Shown piece after piece: positions 12,715 to 26,600 of a stretch of DNA of 64,000 nt. Made by a program: the position numbers and the translations under genes. This stretch comes from Pecten maximus. Taxonomy: Eukaryota. The stretch is taken from NCBI RefSeq assembly GCF_902652985.1, contig NC_047027.1:24056001-24120000 (forward strand), read 5' to 3'. Within the stretch, counting starts at the first letter, position 1. Every line of letters begins with the position of its first letter. A model generated the notes under the pieces. It was not told the DNA's origin and made no database searches. It saw only the letters and a program-made list of their open reading frames with translations.

Positions 12715-13704
12715 TATAGGATATCCATAATGATATGGTAGCAAAACTAGGGAAAGTTGCTACAGTGAAAAGGTGTGTGGCAGAATTTAAGCGCGGCCGA
12801 CAGAGCCTTGATAATGACCCCCGTCCTGGAAGGCTTATCAATGTTGCAACTCCTTAAATGGTCAATAAAGTTCATGATATTTTTATGACAGACAAACGAG
12901 TCACACAAGGACATATAGCCAGTAGAGTTGGCATTTCACAAGAAAGATTACATTCCATTCTTACCGAGGATCTTGCAATAAGAAAAGGTTTCGGCCCGAT
13001 AGGTACCAAGCCTTCTGACAGTTGATCAGAAGCACACCAGGCGCACATTATCGCGTGTTAATCTTAACCTTTTGACGAAGATCCTGCCAAGTTTCTTCTG
13101 AAATTTGTCACTATGGGTGAAATATGGGTCCATCATTTTACCCCAGAGGCAAAAAATCAATCGAAACAATGAAAGCACCCTGGCTCTCTGGAGCAAAAGA
13201 AGGTAATTTATTTAAGGCTGTTCCATCAGCTGGGAAGGTTATGGCCTCGGTTTTCTTGGATGCAGATGGTTTTCTGCTGATAGATTATCTCTACTACGCT
13301 ATACTTCTGAGGCAGTAACTGCAAAATGTTAAACTTGAGCGCCGCGGAGAGCTCACTACAGGTGTGTTATTCCATCAGGACAATACTCCTGTTCACACGT
13401 CTGTCATTGCTATGGCTTCAAATCACGATACAGCATCCGCCTTATTCACCTGATCTCGCTCCATCAGACTTTCATATCTTTCAAAACTGAAATCAGCTAA
13501 CTCAGGCACCTACTTTCTGTCCGATGATGACGTCGATACATGCAGTGATGACTTTGTGAACAGCCAGGAAAAGGAGTTCCATAAAAGTGGTATTGATGCC
13601 TTCAAACACCGCTGGCAAAAGTGTAGATACTGAAGGGAATGATGTTTAAAAAAAAAATTCAAATCCTTCAAAATGAGTTTCACAACATATCAATCAGCCC
13701 TCGT
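12715..13704 (+). mobile_element. Defective mariner (DD34D-type) transposon, left end missing
   Basis: Frameshifted transposase motifs AEFKRGRQSLDNDPRPGR, AR*VPSLL (WVPREL-like), VTMGEIWVHHF, GKVMASVF, FHQDNTPVH, HPPYSPDLAPSDF; right TIR-like ATCAGCCCTCGT at ~13693-13704. Confidence 0.9.
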
Positions 13705-14699
13705 GCCATTTTTGAAAAGTGTAGACAATCTGGAAAAAATGATAGTTTTATCAATAAATAATTTGTTTATTTATCTGTCTTCATCTGTTTTAAGTTAAAA
13801 TGATACAACAATCTCCATATAATTTTCTTTCTATTCTCAACACAACTTCATGAAATGTCCTGTCCGTTCCGGCCCCCGATTCGGTCTTTACCATTCTACT
13901 TGGCTGATTCCGACAACATCCAGGTTGGCTTACTCTTGACGGAATAAGCTGATTATATGTTGTTATTATGGAGTACTTTAAAAACACAAACTATTGTGAT
14001 GATACTGTTAATTGTGTTGGGATTTACTAGTTTGTATATGTACATGATTACTCGGTATTAACAGTTATTGATCTCCTTTTCCTCCAAATTTCTTGGAAGG
14101 GAAAAAATAGCGAGAATAAAATAATGATTCACCGGAGATGGCTGTACTATTTTAAGAAAACATATATGTATACAAATACTTGCGTAAATTATTTATTGAT
14201 GGAACTAAATTAATCAAATGTTTTCGGACTTTCTATGATCCTCTGAATTTGCTCTACAAAATATATTGACTATAGGACTTCAAGCTTACATATTTTACAT
14301 AGATATAGACATATATCTGATTATCACCAACACATTAAAAAAGCTCTTCCAGCAAACGCCTAATATCTCAGAAGAATATATGGCCTGCTATACTAGATGT
14401 GCTCCAATTATAAATGAGACTTGATATGATCAACTGTAGGCGAACACTACGTAACAAATAAAGAGTCAGTGTGCGAATTTCTTCGCAAATCAATTGATTT
14501 TTTTTCCATATCCTATTTCAAAAGAGAACCCCCAACCCTTCTTTTTTCTGCAATTATCTTTTTCAGCTATTGTGGTACATCTTTAAAGAATTTTACCCTT
14601 ATCCTCAAGAAGTATAAGGGTTATCTTCACAATTTGTTTGGTTATCATTATTTCTTTTCTCAAAAAAAACATCTTTCTTTTTAAATATATTCAAAAATA

Positions 14700-15142
14700 T
14701 ACTGTACAGTTATATTTTGCAGGCTAATATTTCGCGGTTGTCAAAATCGGATCTTGTTCGCGGGTATTAGATCTCTCATTCCCACCGCATTACATTCTGC
14801 AGTAAACATATCTATTATTTTTCCTGGCAGGGGTCGCGGTGGCCGAGTGGTTAAGGTGTCCCGACACTTTATCACTAGCCCTCCACCTCTGGGATTGCCA
14901 GTTCGAAACCTACATGGGGCAGTTGCCAGGTACTGACCGTAGGCCGGTGGTTTTTTTTCCGGGCACTCCGGCTTTTCTCCACCTCCAAAACCTGGCACGT
15001 CCTTAAATAACCCTGGCTGTTAATAGGACGTTAAAGAAAAACAAACAAATTATATTTGCTGGCTATATATTTTCGCGTTATATCTAATGACCGCGATTAT
15101 AGCGAAATTAAATCCCCGCGAATATTAACTACATTACAAGTA
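14700..15142. mobile_element. TACTGTA-type MITE interrupted by a SINE
   Basis: Left TACTGTA...TATTTCGCGG, right CCCCGCGAATATT...TTACAAGTA; a related element lies at ~15739-15984. Confidence 0.5.
14829..15049 (+). mobile_element. Full-length tRNA-derived SINE with V-domain-like core
   Basis: Pol III A box TGGCCGAGTGG, B box GTTCGAAAC, core GGTTTTTTTCCGGGCACTCCGGCTTTTCTCCACC (V-SINE-like), (AAAC)n tail; three copies in the window. Confidence 0.9.
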
Positions 15143-17928
15143 CTTATTACATTTGATGTTATAGTTGTTACCTGAGACTTATAATGGATACGTCAATTCA
15201 TCAATTTGCACATGTACATTGCAATTATATAATAATACTAATGATACAAAAAAGTTATCCCTCAAAAAGTTACACGGGCTTTCCTTAGCCGCTTGAACGT
15301 GTACATATCTGAGTTGCATAATGTATATTTGAACAACAAAATTGTTATTGTATCATGTCGATTGTTAGCCAAGTGATATGTTTCACATTTAATTTTTAAC
15401 CACACTCAACGTTAATTGGCCAATACACAGCTAGATGTGAAATCAATAACCGATATCAAATCAAATAAGCAATATATTCCTCTGTGTATATACTTAGTAA
15501 GAAATCTGCACACATTGTATCCAACATTGTCTCTTTGTTTTGCTGGTTTGTAATTGCTCATACAAATAATTGTATAATTTATTCGAAACTAAACGTTTCA
15601 GAGTGCAAATATTTCACATTCTGATTACTTCTTTTTCATATATAATGACAAAAAAAAGATGAATAAAAATATGTATAGGTACTTAAGCCAATTGGAGTGA
15701 CCAGCTTGATAGAGAAAGTGAAAAATCAAATATATCAGATACTGTGTAAATCACTTAGATTTCGCGAACTTATCCCTTCAGATATATTTGAGTATACATG
15801 ATATCGCGAACGTTGATATCGAAATGACTTTTATAAAGGAGCTATTAAAGGCATCATCTCCGCATGATTTCTATATCGCAAACAGATAGATTGTCTATTT
15901 TCGTACAAATAATCGCGAAGGATTTGAATTCGAGATTGACTCCGCGAAAATAAACCCTACGCTAAATATAAATGATTAAAAGTAATTGATTTGAATGGGT
16001 GAGCATACATAAAAAAAAAAAAAAAAAAAAACATCCCCACAAAAAAAGGGGGGGGGGGGGGGAGGGAGGCGTTAGATATTAAATGTTCTTATCAAATAAT
16101 GCCACCTAGTAAAAATAACCTGTGTAAAAAATAGATTCTTAACTGAGGCCATACTGTTGTTTATAATACCATTATCCTGTCTATATATAACACGTAAGTA
16201 AAGTTAGATTTTATATATATCGGTAATATGTGAGTGGATAAGTACTAACTACCGTTTCTACTTAACCACCACTGGCTGGAGGGGATAACGTATGAAAGTC
16301 CTGTTACTGGAGTCCACAATACACATGTGTCACATTCTACTGGCAACAAGCCAATTCTCTGTATTTAATCAAGAAAGGTTCATTGCAAGTCAAACATTAT
16401 ATGCATTGTCCTGCAATACGCCTATCAGCTATTTCGAGGTAGCGTTAAATACAGGGAATGGAGCCCAGGCCGCAAAGGTGAAACCAAGTGTGTCGCTCAA
16501 AACGAAAACATGTTGATTGTTTATGTTTATGACATAATTAATATTCGCTGCAAATATTCAGAAAAAATACAGCCTTTCCGCTATAATCTGAACCGACATG
16601 TCGATATTTTGATTTGCTTACTTTTTGTTCTTTACAAGCCTTTAAAGAAATGATTTAGTTTCACCATTACAATATATAATGTCAAATATTTTGTCCCGAT
16701 GTTACAGTTAAATCCATTACAACATCCAATGTACTATCAATCTAGCTTTCGGATACTATATTCACAAGAAAAAGTTTATAGTTAATATTACGACACATTT
16801 GACGGGATTAAATAATGAATTATTGGTCGTGTACTAAATAATTCGTAGTCTTGATTTACGTTTTTTAAAGATTTATATATTTGCATTTAAATTGTAAAGA
16901 TGGACATTCCAACAAATTTTGTCAAATTCCAGAATTAATAACATAATTATTTTTTGCTGTTAAGAGTTTCCTGTATACCAGTTATTGCTTAATCAGTTTC
17001 TAATCATAACGAAAATACATGATTATTTTTACTTTCGTTTAATTGGACACAACAAAAAACGCAATCGTTTCTCAACGAGTGATTTGTAAGTTTATCAAAC
17101 ACCTGATACAATACACAGAAACATAAATATGGCACGCATATTCAAATTTACATATATCGGAACTATGTTGCCAACCGTTACAATACAAAAGCATAATATA
17201 GGTTCCAATATGAAATGTATTGTCATATTCAACATGGAACTGTTAGGTTTAGGCATAAGTTATATACAACATTGACTGTCTATAAACGGAATCATGATAT
17301 TGGGACTAAAATCTGCATCATGCAATCAGTGCGGAAAATTAAATTCAATAGATTGCGGGAGCAAGCATGTTACTATCAATAAATGGGAAAAAAAAGCTAT
17401 TAGATTTTTTTCTGTTGTATACGTTGTTATCGTCACTGTGTCTACCGTAAACGGATAGTATACATTTCCCTACAGTGTGAGTTCAAAATGTCTAGCTACT
17501 TCATAATACTATGTTTAATATCAGGTCAAAAACTATATATATGTGTAAACTAAAGAGAAAGGTTTCGTATCGTGGATACCATGGGTGCCTTTCTTCATAT
17601 GATTGCAGTCATTACCATGACAATCCCGTGGACTACAGGTTAGTGCATGATATTATTTTTTTTCGAAACAGAGCAGAAACTTCAATGAATCGTTAACATT
17701 AATATATATATTGCCATTTAAAGGTTTTGAGGTCAAGTTCGGTACTCTATCAAAATCTTTATTAATAGCAAGTTTCCTACAATACCAAACGAAGATGCAT
17801 CGCCAAAATGATAGTTTTATCTACCACAGACACATCCATTCTCACAATGTACATTCCGAAACTCGATTATCGCGCCACAATCTGCACACGCGTGTAAAAG
17901 GAGCGGCTTTTCACCACAAACCGACACC

Positions 17929-18726
17929 TTAAAACCACATTCTCCCGAATAAACATAATATCAATGTTTATGTTTTGAGCTTTTTACAGTTTTCAGGCTT
18001 GATACATACCTAACAGATTATCGTGAATCAGAAACTAAAAGAAAATGTGTATTTATGAAAGTATACGGGGAATTCCCTAAAAAAAATAATTGTGCCTGCC
18101 GGACCAAGTTTCTCGGAAAATTAGTCGCACGATGCTACGGCGGGTTTTACAGTCCATACAAAATGGCCGAAAGCGTGGACCTGCGAAAACGCAGACAGAT
18201 TCTGCCAAAAAAAACCGCAAAAGTGGGTGGAAAGGAAATGATTCGTTGGAACTTAGCGAGAGAAGAAAATGGAATATACTTGAATTCCAATTTTGCCGGA
18301 CGTCTATTAGATTGCTGGTTAGCTTTTTTTTTAACATTGTCATCTTCATCGATCTAAAATTGTTTCGATGTTTTGTTGTATTCATATTGCTATATTTTAA
18401 AATTAAGTATTTAAATGTAAACTATGTTTAATTATTTTGTTCAGTTATTAGGAGAATATTCTGTTAATATGTTTAAATGAAAGCATTATTAGGCAAAGTT
18501 CACATATGCTCGATATATAAACAACGGCCATGTGTGTAGTTTATGTGCAGTGCACGTTGTTATAGCCTCGTTGTCGGCTCCGTGACAAATCTCGCGATAA
18601 ACATAAATGCGACAAATTATTTGTATACACTGATGTCTCAAGGACTCCCCCGGTCAAGCGTCCAGGTCAGTGGCCATTCACGCTCTCTTAACATTAAAAT
18701 GAGCATCTTGGAGTATGTGGCTTTAA
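17929..18726. mobile_element. TTAA-flanked non-autonomous DNA transposon (Kolobok-like)
   Basis: Left TTAAAACCACATTCTCC, right reverse complement TTAAAGCCACATACTCC; CpG-richer interior explains the overlapping ~100-aa ORFs at 18055-18431. Confidence 0.6.
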
Positions 18727-18789
18727 AATATTTATACCCAGGTTCGCTGATCTTGGGTCCGTCAGGGTCTTACCTTTTGAGCCATAATT

Positions 18790-19976
18790 TGTAAGTGAAG
18801 TCTGGCAAATAAACACAAACTAGATATATAAAGTTCGGGTAGATTTATTAAGACAACACTATGTAAAATATACAGACATAGGGACAAATTATCAAACTCT
18901 GTCACACACTCCAACATACATACTATATGACAACATGGCAGTAGTTTTTAGTAAACTAGCGGCTACTTGGCCCCACTCCTATAAAAATACTAGCAGCTAC
19001 ACGGCCATACTCCTATGCTATGTGATAGACGACGATATAAAAGCCTACACAACTAGTCCATAGTCTAAATACTGACTACTACATCACTGATATGAAACAT
19101 ACATCACTGAATCACTGAATCACTGGATGGCATCAATATAAGTCTTGTTTGACTTCTGTGATGTATGGTACAGGTATGACTATTATTTATACTCTATCCT
19201 CTAACATAATCTACGTACAACTATTCCTATCAGGGAAAGAGAGACAAACTAGTCTTGTCAAGACTGAATACACGAGTCAGGGAGCGGCCGAGCCAGGCAG
19301 TCCTAACGGGACTTTCCATCTGACTGACGAACTACATTGGTTGGTTGGTTGGTTGGTTACAGGTTTTAACGTCTCCTTCCACTGCGTGTGCTATGTTCAG
19401 GCGACGTGAGGGGGCCGGGCCGGTGGTCGCGTACCTCTGGTGTCTGTGTTCCCCCTCAAGTGAGTCTTGTCCTATCCATCCGGTACGTCCATAGGGCCGG
19501 ACATCTCCCTGGGACGGACATGGACGCGGCTTGGTGGTCCTTCTCGGTCCGATGTCGAACTCCATATGACGAACTACACAGGTTCACTGGCTTAAATACA
19601 CAACCGCGGCAATCCGCACGTGCAATACTTGCACCAAATTACCTGTACTCGAAACATTTCCGCTGTTAAATGACTAAAGAGTTCCGAATAGTATAAACAG
19701 CCGGTATATTGAACGATAGAGTGTAACTTGTAAGAAGACATTCACCATATAATCTACTCAATAAAGTTTATAAATGTCCTCAACGTTTACCCACGTATAG
19801 CGATCAGCTTTGATACTATACCTTGTTGTGGGACACAAACAACCAAAGAGTAATTATGACCGATTACAAATAATGGACAATTAAGTATCGTCTCAAAAAC
19901 ACATTTGCACTTTCCGTTTGCTTTTGAAATGCACTCTCTTGAAATTGATACCGGATACAGTACCTAAATCCTTACA
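18790..19976 (-). mobile_element. Solo-LTR-like element (~1.19 kb)
   Basis: Perfect TGTAAG...CTTACA termini; same layout as the Gypsy LTRs in this window (minus-strand AATAAA near the left end, TATA-like TATTTAA at ~19592-19598); no matching TSD. Confidence 0.5.
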
Positions 19977-20603
19977 TCAACAGCCTACAGCTATTAACAC
20001 TAATCAGTTTTAACTAATTTTAACCTTTTATGTCATCATTATACAGTATTCTCTTCACAGTTGTCTGCTTTTACCAGAAACACGTTGAGAGCTATACAAG
20101 TTGATTATTATGTTGGATTTATGATGATATCGTTTAAACATATTACAATCACTGTAAGTAAGAACTCTGTTGTTTGATGTCTTCGTTTATTGTTACATAA
20201 TTTGGATATTGTCACTATTACAGTTTTATTTAAAACATGATATTTCTTTCATTTATTTCCTCCTTTAATCATACAAATTGGGTAAAGATACAGAAGGTAG
20301 TCCATTGCCCTAGTGTTGTACCTATCGATTATATTGAAGGTGGTGTGTTATCCGTCTCGGTTTTTTCTCATGAGGATGGGGATATACGATAGCCGAAAGC
20401 GATCTATCTTCCTTTTTCTGATTTGTTCAGGTTTGACGAAAGACTACGCCCGAATCTAATTTGACGAAATATGATCAAATGTCGACAATGATATAGCAAC
20501 CATTATCTTATTCATCTTCGTTGTTCTGCTGTCGATTTTGATGTGTTCCAGGTGATCACCGAATTAGTTCTCTTGGTATAATATCGATTATATTATATTA
20601 CAG

Positions 20604-23600
20604 GCGAAAACCCGTTTATCTCACCTGGTCTCATACTGATGGACTACGGAACGTACAGTACAGTGTTCAGCAAGTTTGACTCCAACATGGTGAGTTTTAA
20701 GGCGACAATATGTCTACATTTCATTGTCATTTAACGGTAAAGATATTGGAATTAGCTTAAGAAGTAGAGAAAGCCGATACCGTAAAACAATTATACTATG
20801 TATGTTTTAAAAATCGGTTGCTGTTTGGAAAGAATGCTGCACGGTCGCAGCCGAATTGAGTCCCGTGGGTGCGGGAGACGTGTCCGTGTAGAATTCGGCT
20901 TCCTCGCCCCCAAAACGTGTAATCTGATACCACTCGGTTGATATGAGATAATTGAACCAATACGAACATAGACTGTAACTGTATTATCTACTTATTTCGA
21001 TCTTACCTTTTAAAAGAAACAAAATTTTTGCATCTTTTCACTAATGAACATTTTGTTACGACACTGAAGCATGAAAAAAGTCAGAATTAATCAAGAAATA
21101 AAGTTATCAAAAGTCAAGCACAGTGGGTCAATGTCAGCAAATTATAATATATATTATTGTTCAGTGATGGCTTTATGGAGCAAACTTGATTTGAATCATA
21201 AATGTCAAGGAGTTAAGCTAGTTTGTTAGGTTTATCACGACGGGAATCTTATGTTGAGGCAGGGACTCATTGTAGAAGATAGTAGCTACATCATTATACA
21301 ACATAGAGGAGGTCTGTCGCATTTCAACAAGAACAACTAGGATTAAGTGTCTTTCTGAAGTGTCTGTTTTTAGTTTCCCGAGGAAAAAATGGATAGGGAG
21401 TGACGAACCACTCACCTGAGTCTTCATTTGAGGTTATGTGACAAACAATCTAACCAACTGATATCAGCTATCGGTGCCCCTCACTGGATTAAAGGTCAAT
21501 GTCATTTGAGTCCAAAGTTAAAAGACCAAGTGATTCTCTGTATATGGCTCTGCTCTTGATGTGGGAGGTCAAACATCAAGCTACGCTATATGGGCAGAAG
21601 GTGTTTTTAGATGATTTGGGGGATATACTGTCACAAGACGGGGTCCTTTCTTACCTGTCAGTGTTTTAGTTTTGAAGGTATGGAACGATTTAATGACTAA
21701 AAGGGTGTCTATTTAGGGACATTGGATATATCAAATTGACCTGATATCCCTCTCCAAAGACTTGTTTCCTACCTATTTTATGTTTTGTTTGTATTTCATT
21801 CCTCTTGTCTTCGTATTGCCCTGATAACGTTCGCATACCATACCATGTCCTCGGTGCTGCTAAAAAATTGACCCTTTATTTGTCTTTTTGGTCATTGGAT
21901 ATTAATTTGTTTGTCCCCAGCAAAATATTGCCTCTAAATGCGCATCACAAAAGCAAGTTTGGAAATGAAAACCGAGCATATTCCAAGCATCATAACACTT
22001 TGATTCAACTGAAATGAAACGAATATTCTATCTTTAAAACTGAGTTTTGAATTCTCACATTTAATTATTGTTCACATTGTTTTGACATAGGACACAACGA
22101 CACATCTAGCGGAGTATCACAATCGGAGGTTCAGCTCACTGTCTGTGTTCCCGCTCGGCCAGACTTTTGTCGTATATGATAAACGTTACAAAGCTATCTG
22201 CGTAAGTATAAAGCGATCCGTATCTCTATTTCGATATTGAGAAAACGAGTCCAAAATATGACCAAAAGTTTTAAATAAGACATCAGTTTATAAAGATAAC
22301 CTCTCCATAGTACAAGATAGACCACGTTCCTCGGAAAGGTAAGCGTCCCCAGGCTTATCGTAAACACCGTGTGAATTTAAGTCAAATTCAGTTAATGTCA
22401 TGTTCTCAAGGTGAAAGCCGAGGTCGATTCCACGGGAAAACTAAGTATATAGATTTACGTCTAACTGTATATCGTACAAGCAAATCTAGTATATCCAAAT
22501 AAGATCGTATCGAGACATACAAAATGTATGTGTGAATTATTGGCAAATATATCACATTAACATATTGCAATTTGACTAGGTTTTTTTTTTTACAACGTTA
22601 TAAAGTATGATTTAATTTTAATGAAACTATATCAAATAGTATGTACATTACAGCCAATCTTTGTTATCTGGAAGTCGATGGATACTTAAACTCCGATAGT
22701 TAAGATTCTTTATAATTAGATTCGGTTTCCTCAAATAATTGGAGTATTTCAAATTTTTGTCATGAATCTACTGACTTTGACTCTATCAAAGTGAAACATT
22801 TAAGTCGTAATAACAGAACACAATGTTATTGGTTGACGATATACATCATTAATTATTTTAACTGATTACCAATTAATGGGTTTTTTTTTTTTTTTTTGTT
22901 AAAATATTAAAACAAAGCTATGGATTAATCAGACAAATATAGTATTTTCTAAATAGTCCCACAAGATGCGTTTTATCTTATTTCATGTTTTAAAATTGCT
23001 CAAACGTAATTTGAAAACAATTTTTGGTTTCTATATTCGCCATTCTATTTTACAGAAAATAGCATACAACAACGATTTATGGTATCAACCTGTGTGTGCG
23101 GAGACATTTGGAACAGTCAATGGTGGGTAGGTGCTTCAAAAGAAGCATTCTGAACGTCCAGTATATTAGGCTTGCATACCCCCATTAAAACATTCCGAAT
23201 GACTTGTTTGTGCGACATATTTACATTCATAGCACTCTGCAGATTTTCGGATAAACTCGAAAATCTCATTTTTCTTTGTTTATATTTTGTATATTGTTAT
23301 TTGGTACGTATGCAAAGCAATACCTGTTGGCCTATACCCGCCGTGTCCATATTTGAAAGTTATTTTGGAAAACAAATGGCTATATGATATTGCTCTGCAT
23401 ATAAAATAATTTGAGGTCGGGAATCATACCGTATATAACTCGTTATTCTGTCGGTTTCGAATAGAAGGATATCTACACTTTCTCTTCAGTTATTCCAAAT
23501 ATATATTACGAGTAGGGGAAAGATTTTTATATTGAAAAATGTCAAAATAATAGCCATACGAGCAAAATATTTCTGGTATTACTGAAGATACTGTTAGATA

Positions 23601-26600
23601 TTTTGTTTACTACATGTTTTATCGCAAACTTTAACGAGGCAGCTTTAAAATTCTCCCATTGTCGCTTGTAAGCCGTGATTTGATTGGTCAAATAACAAAA
23701 AGTTATATTTTTCATTAGTGAAAAATATCAGAAAAGTAATATGTTTACACTCGCTCATTCTGAATGAATAATTCTCGATAATTCATTGGTAAATATGAAA
23801 TAAATAATCTTATTTTAGGAACTGTTGCTTGACCGAATTTTGTTTACTCTTTCCCTAAATACGTTACAAAATATAAAACACAATGGTGAAGTAACGTGAA
23901 CGAGGACATTTTACGAGTTATCTCGTTTTAACTTGTTGTTTTGACACTGTCTCTAAGGAATGGACGTGGATGATGTTAGAGGTCTCGTTTTCTGGACTGA
24001 CCCCGACTATAACGCCATCATGATGGCACGGATCTCAAACTTGACCCAACACTTTGTGATCGTTGACACATTAGTGGATAAACCGAGTGGTTTAGCTGTA
24101 CATCCGGAAGCCGGGTAAGTTACCTGGCCGTCGATATAGCAATGGGCAGTCATGGTAGTATGTCAGACATGAGATAGCTAGGTAGGTCACGTGATCGCCA
24201 ATATATACAAAATGTAAGTTAATATTTCAAGTGGTTTAGTAATGCATCCGGCAGCCGGGTAAGTTATATGACCGCCTATATATTAGTGGTTAAACAAGGT
24301 AGTATAGTTTTACCTCAGAAACCTAGCTAAGTCTCGTGATCGTCAGTATATCAGAGGATATACTAGGGGGCAGAGTTGTACATCCAGAAGTCACAAGATA
24401 CAACGGAATTAATTTATATCGGCGAAAAGCTATATAATGTCGATGTTGATGTCCCAAAATAGTTATTCCCATCACAAGTTATGTATCTTTTACCTTTCTT
24501 CTAGTATGAATAAACCAATTTTCATACAAATGTATTTTGTATCCATTACAATATAATATTAATATATATATTTGACGTTAATTTACCTGATACCTTGATT
24601 GTCATTCCCCCGCCTTTTTTAGTTTATTGTTTTGGACCGATTTTGGCACATCGCCAACAGTTGAACGATCCACTCTGACAGGGCGAGAACGGCGAACGAT
24701 AATAAGCGGAGGAACACCTTATATGTTGACAATAGACAGGGCTGGTAACAGGTATATTATTTATTTATCTATATATTTATCTATTTATTTATCTGATTAT
24801 TTATTTCCCTGTTGACATTTATTTATTCATTCGTTTATCTATTTAGTTATTTCCATTCATTCATATGAAAAAAAACTGAAAAAAAACTGAGAACACACAA
24901 ATGTAATTATCCAAACTTCTATGTTGAATACAATAGTCAGGCGATATTTGTCTACGTCATACATATCAACAAATACTTTGTCCCTTATTCATTCAAAGAA
25001 TTCCCGCCATAATGCCAATAGACAATGACCCGGCATTAGGTATGTTTTGGAAAAATAAGAAACTGTTATTTATCGCATCGCAACTTGTTTCTAGTAATAT
25101 GAATTTACATAGAACGTCTTCGATCAGTTAATATCTTTTCTACATGTCGTCATTCATTATAAATACAATGTTTCTTTTTTAGCTTTGTCTTTGGTTAATC
25201 AAATTATCACATGACAATCACATGACAATACACAGTTATCAAAATTATGTTGTCAATACCTTAACATGCCTGGGGATACTGCAAATTAGGGATGATTTGA
25301 CAGTAAAATGTCATTTTGATGAAATTAACAGATTATTCTGGATAAACAAGGGCGATAACTCTATTGAGTCATGTGACACTGAAGGAGAACGTCGCCACGT
25401 AATCAGTATAGACATAGGCATGTCGACAGCCTCGTTTGTTTGGAGCAGTCTGGTAGTCTATCAGGTAAGCACTATGGCTTGGAGTAAGTTTTTTGTAGTA
25501 TGGTTTCTAGTTTTTGATTGCTATCAGGTAAATATCACAGATACATATAGTCTTCTCACAGATCTATCTTCTACGACATTCACAACGACTTTTAAGACAT
25601 CGATACGTATTAATCGACGATAAAATAACGAAAATATTCAATTCAACTATTTCTTACTATTTGGTTGCCAGCAGCGGATTAGGAATTCGAATAACTAATC
25701 GCCAGCAGCGGATTGGGGATTAAGTTGTTTATGTTTAAATGTTTTTTTATTGACATTTTGACGTTGGGATTCAAATAGCGAATCCGCTGCAGCAGTCGAT
25801 TGGGGATCTAGTTACATATAAGTATTCTTCTTATAATATAATATTGGGGATTCTAATAACGAATCAGCTTCCCAGCAGTTCATGGCGGGGGTATAAAAAT
25901 ACAATTTGGACATACGAAACTGAATCCCCAATCCGCTGCTAGCGGATTCGTTATTCCAATCCCCAATAACAAATAACGAATCCGCTGCTAACTGCAGCCC
26001 GCTGATTTTTCTCGAGAACTTCGGTTTTCTCCGACAGCAGGACTTTTCGCACACTTCTATCCGGGCCAACAAGCGTGATTATTACAAGTTTATATAAATA
26101 AATAAAGTTGACAAATAAGTTCATATTTTTGCTGTTTTCACTTCTACAGCGGTTTATTATTGTCTTGAACAGACAATACACGAGATATAACCTTTCTCTG
26201 GGACACGGTGCAAAACGTTGTGGCACTTGATTGTGTTATGTCTTTAAATCATTTGAATGTTTTGCTGTTTTCTACTGTGGCTGATTTGTGCCATTTCGTC
26301 TTTTCGTATATTCGTCCCGAAAAGCCAAAACTAAATAAACTTTAATGTTCGTCTTTTCGACTTTTCGCCCCCTTTTAGAAAGACGAAAATCAAAGTTTGT
26401 TCATTTTCGTCTTTTTGGGGCGGAAAGTCGCAAAGGCGAAAAGACGAAAATAATGAACCCGAATTAAAGTCGCTAATTTGCGTGCATTTATTTCTTCTTT
26501 TCGTGGCGAAAGACGAAATATTAGTTTTGTTAATTTTCATTTGTTTCGGGGTGAAAAGACCCAAGAACGAAATGGCACAAATCAGCTACCGTAATTTTCA

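Noticed and set aside
14741-14998. ORFs MPGFGGG... here and at 48310-48556, and a tRNA-like head
   Set aside because: Chance frames in SINE copies; the tRNA-like part is a SINE promoter, not a tRNA gene
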